Part shown: in pieces, positions 63,201 through 64,000 of the stretch | Position numbering within the stretch: position 1 is the first letter of the stretch | Layout of the letters: every line of letters begins with the position of its first letter | Source of the DNA: Heptranchias perlo | Taxonomy: Eukaryota | Assembly (NCBI RefSeq): GCF_035084215.1 | Contig: NC_090339.1 | Location: forward strand, 54,188,001 to 54,252,000 | Reading direction: 5' to 3' | Length of the DNA: 64,000 nucleotides | Program-made: the position numbers and the translations under genes | The notes under the pieces: model-generated | Databases searched by the model: none | Told to the model about the DNA's origin: nothing | What the model saw: the letters and a program-made list of their open reading frames with translations, nothing else

Positions 63201-63840
63201 TGTGAAAAAACTGAAGAGATAACTATAGAAAAGCAGAACTCAAAGTGGATATGTCACGAGCCCTGATGGCGTGCACTCCAGGCTGTTGAAGGAAATCGGA
63301 AGAGAGGGAGCCGAGGCTCTAACCACAAATATTAGATAGGCAAGTTGTGTTGGCCTGAAGAGCAGTGAATACAACATCTCTGTTCAAGAAGGGAGAGAAA
63401 GATAAATAGGGTAACAGTAGTTAGTCTAACATGATTTGTGGTCAAACTCTTGGAATCCTTTTTTTGAGATTATTGAAGATGCAAGGAATAGTCAAAGAAC
63501 CCACTATGGATTTATTAAAGGCAAGTCATATTTGACATGAGTTATTTTTTGAAGAAGTGACTGACCGTATAAATGAAGAGATTGGAGGAGAAGTATCTAT
63601 ATTTGCAATGTCTTGTTACATAAATTCAGTGATGGTACAAGACGAAATGCAGCGGTATGAGTAAAAAGTTGGTCGTAGGACAGGAAACGGAGGGTTAGGG
63701 TTAATCATTGCTCGATTTGAAGAAGAGATGGAACTGGTTGGTTTGGACCTGGGCATTGGGAGCCTGATATTGAAATTTACTGACTTAAAAGTAGGGGGTT
63801 TGGCAAGCAGTAAGGAGTATTTTTTTAAAAAAAACTTTGA
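60270..63840. mobile_element. Cluster of nested, decayed CR1 fragments on both strands plus a SINE remnant
   Basis: + RT remnant SGVSQRSVLGPLLFLIYIN (~60420); - fragment 61155-61875 (LYKALVRPHLQYCVQ, LRGDLIEMFK); + EN/RT remnants 62140-63840. Confidence 0.7.
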
Positions 63841-64000
63841 GGTGTAGCACAGCAACCGAGGGCCCAGATCCCTGAGCACGGGTGTGGCCCTTTTTAAGAA
63901 ACTTCTCCTTTTAAGAGGAGGCGTATGGCCCCTTTTAAGAGACCTCACCTTTTTAAGAAGTAATTAAGACCGGAGGGAGTGGAGACCTTCCCCAGTCAGG

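Noticed and set aside
63686-63702. gggttagggtta telomere-like motif
   Set aside because: Only two units inside decayed CR1; too short to call an interstitial telomere

Overview
Vertebrate nuclear DNA, very probably from a cartilaginous fish (shark), judged by SacSINE1/DeuSINE-type SINEs, many CR1/L2 LINEs and Penelope-derived repeats. The window is syntenic with human Xq24. It holds NDUFA1 exon 1 (- strand, ending at a GC splice donor), head-to-head across a 387-bp CpG-island promoter with a complete 10-exon UPF3B (+, 1401 nt CDS, 466 aa). Next come the intronless ankyrin gene SOWAHD (-, 415 aa) and SEPT6 exons 1-2 (+). I could not find RPL39 or RNF113A, which lie in this block in human. The rest is mostly transposon debris. 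The most notable non-genic structures are: a 2.04-kb internally deleted PIF/Harbinger transposon (Myb/SANT gene plus transposase, convergent) nested in a CR1 with a 3-bp TSD; short Penelope-derived inserts with degenerate hammerhead ribozyme cores; a ~26-copy G-rich minisatellite that appears to form the SOWAHD 5'UTR; an AT-rich ~72-bp array ending in a fold-back palindrome; a 101-nt hairpin; and a ~1-kb inverted LINE pair in SEPT6 intron 1. I see no clear evidence for a wholly new biological system. Exon and TSD coordinates were read base by base; other repeat boundaries are approximate.
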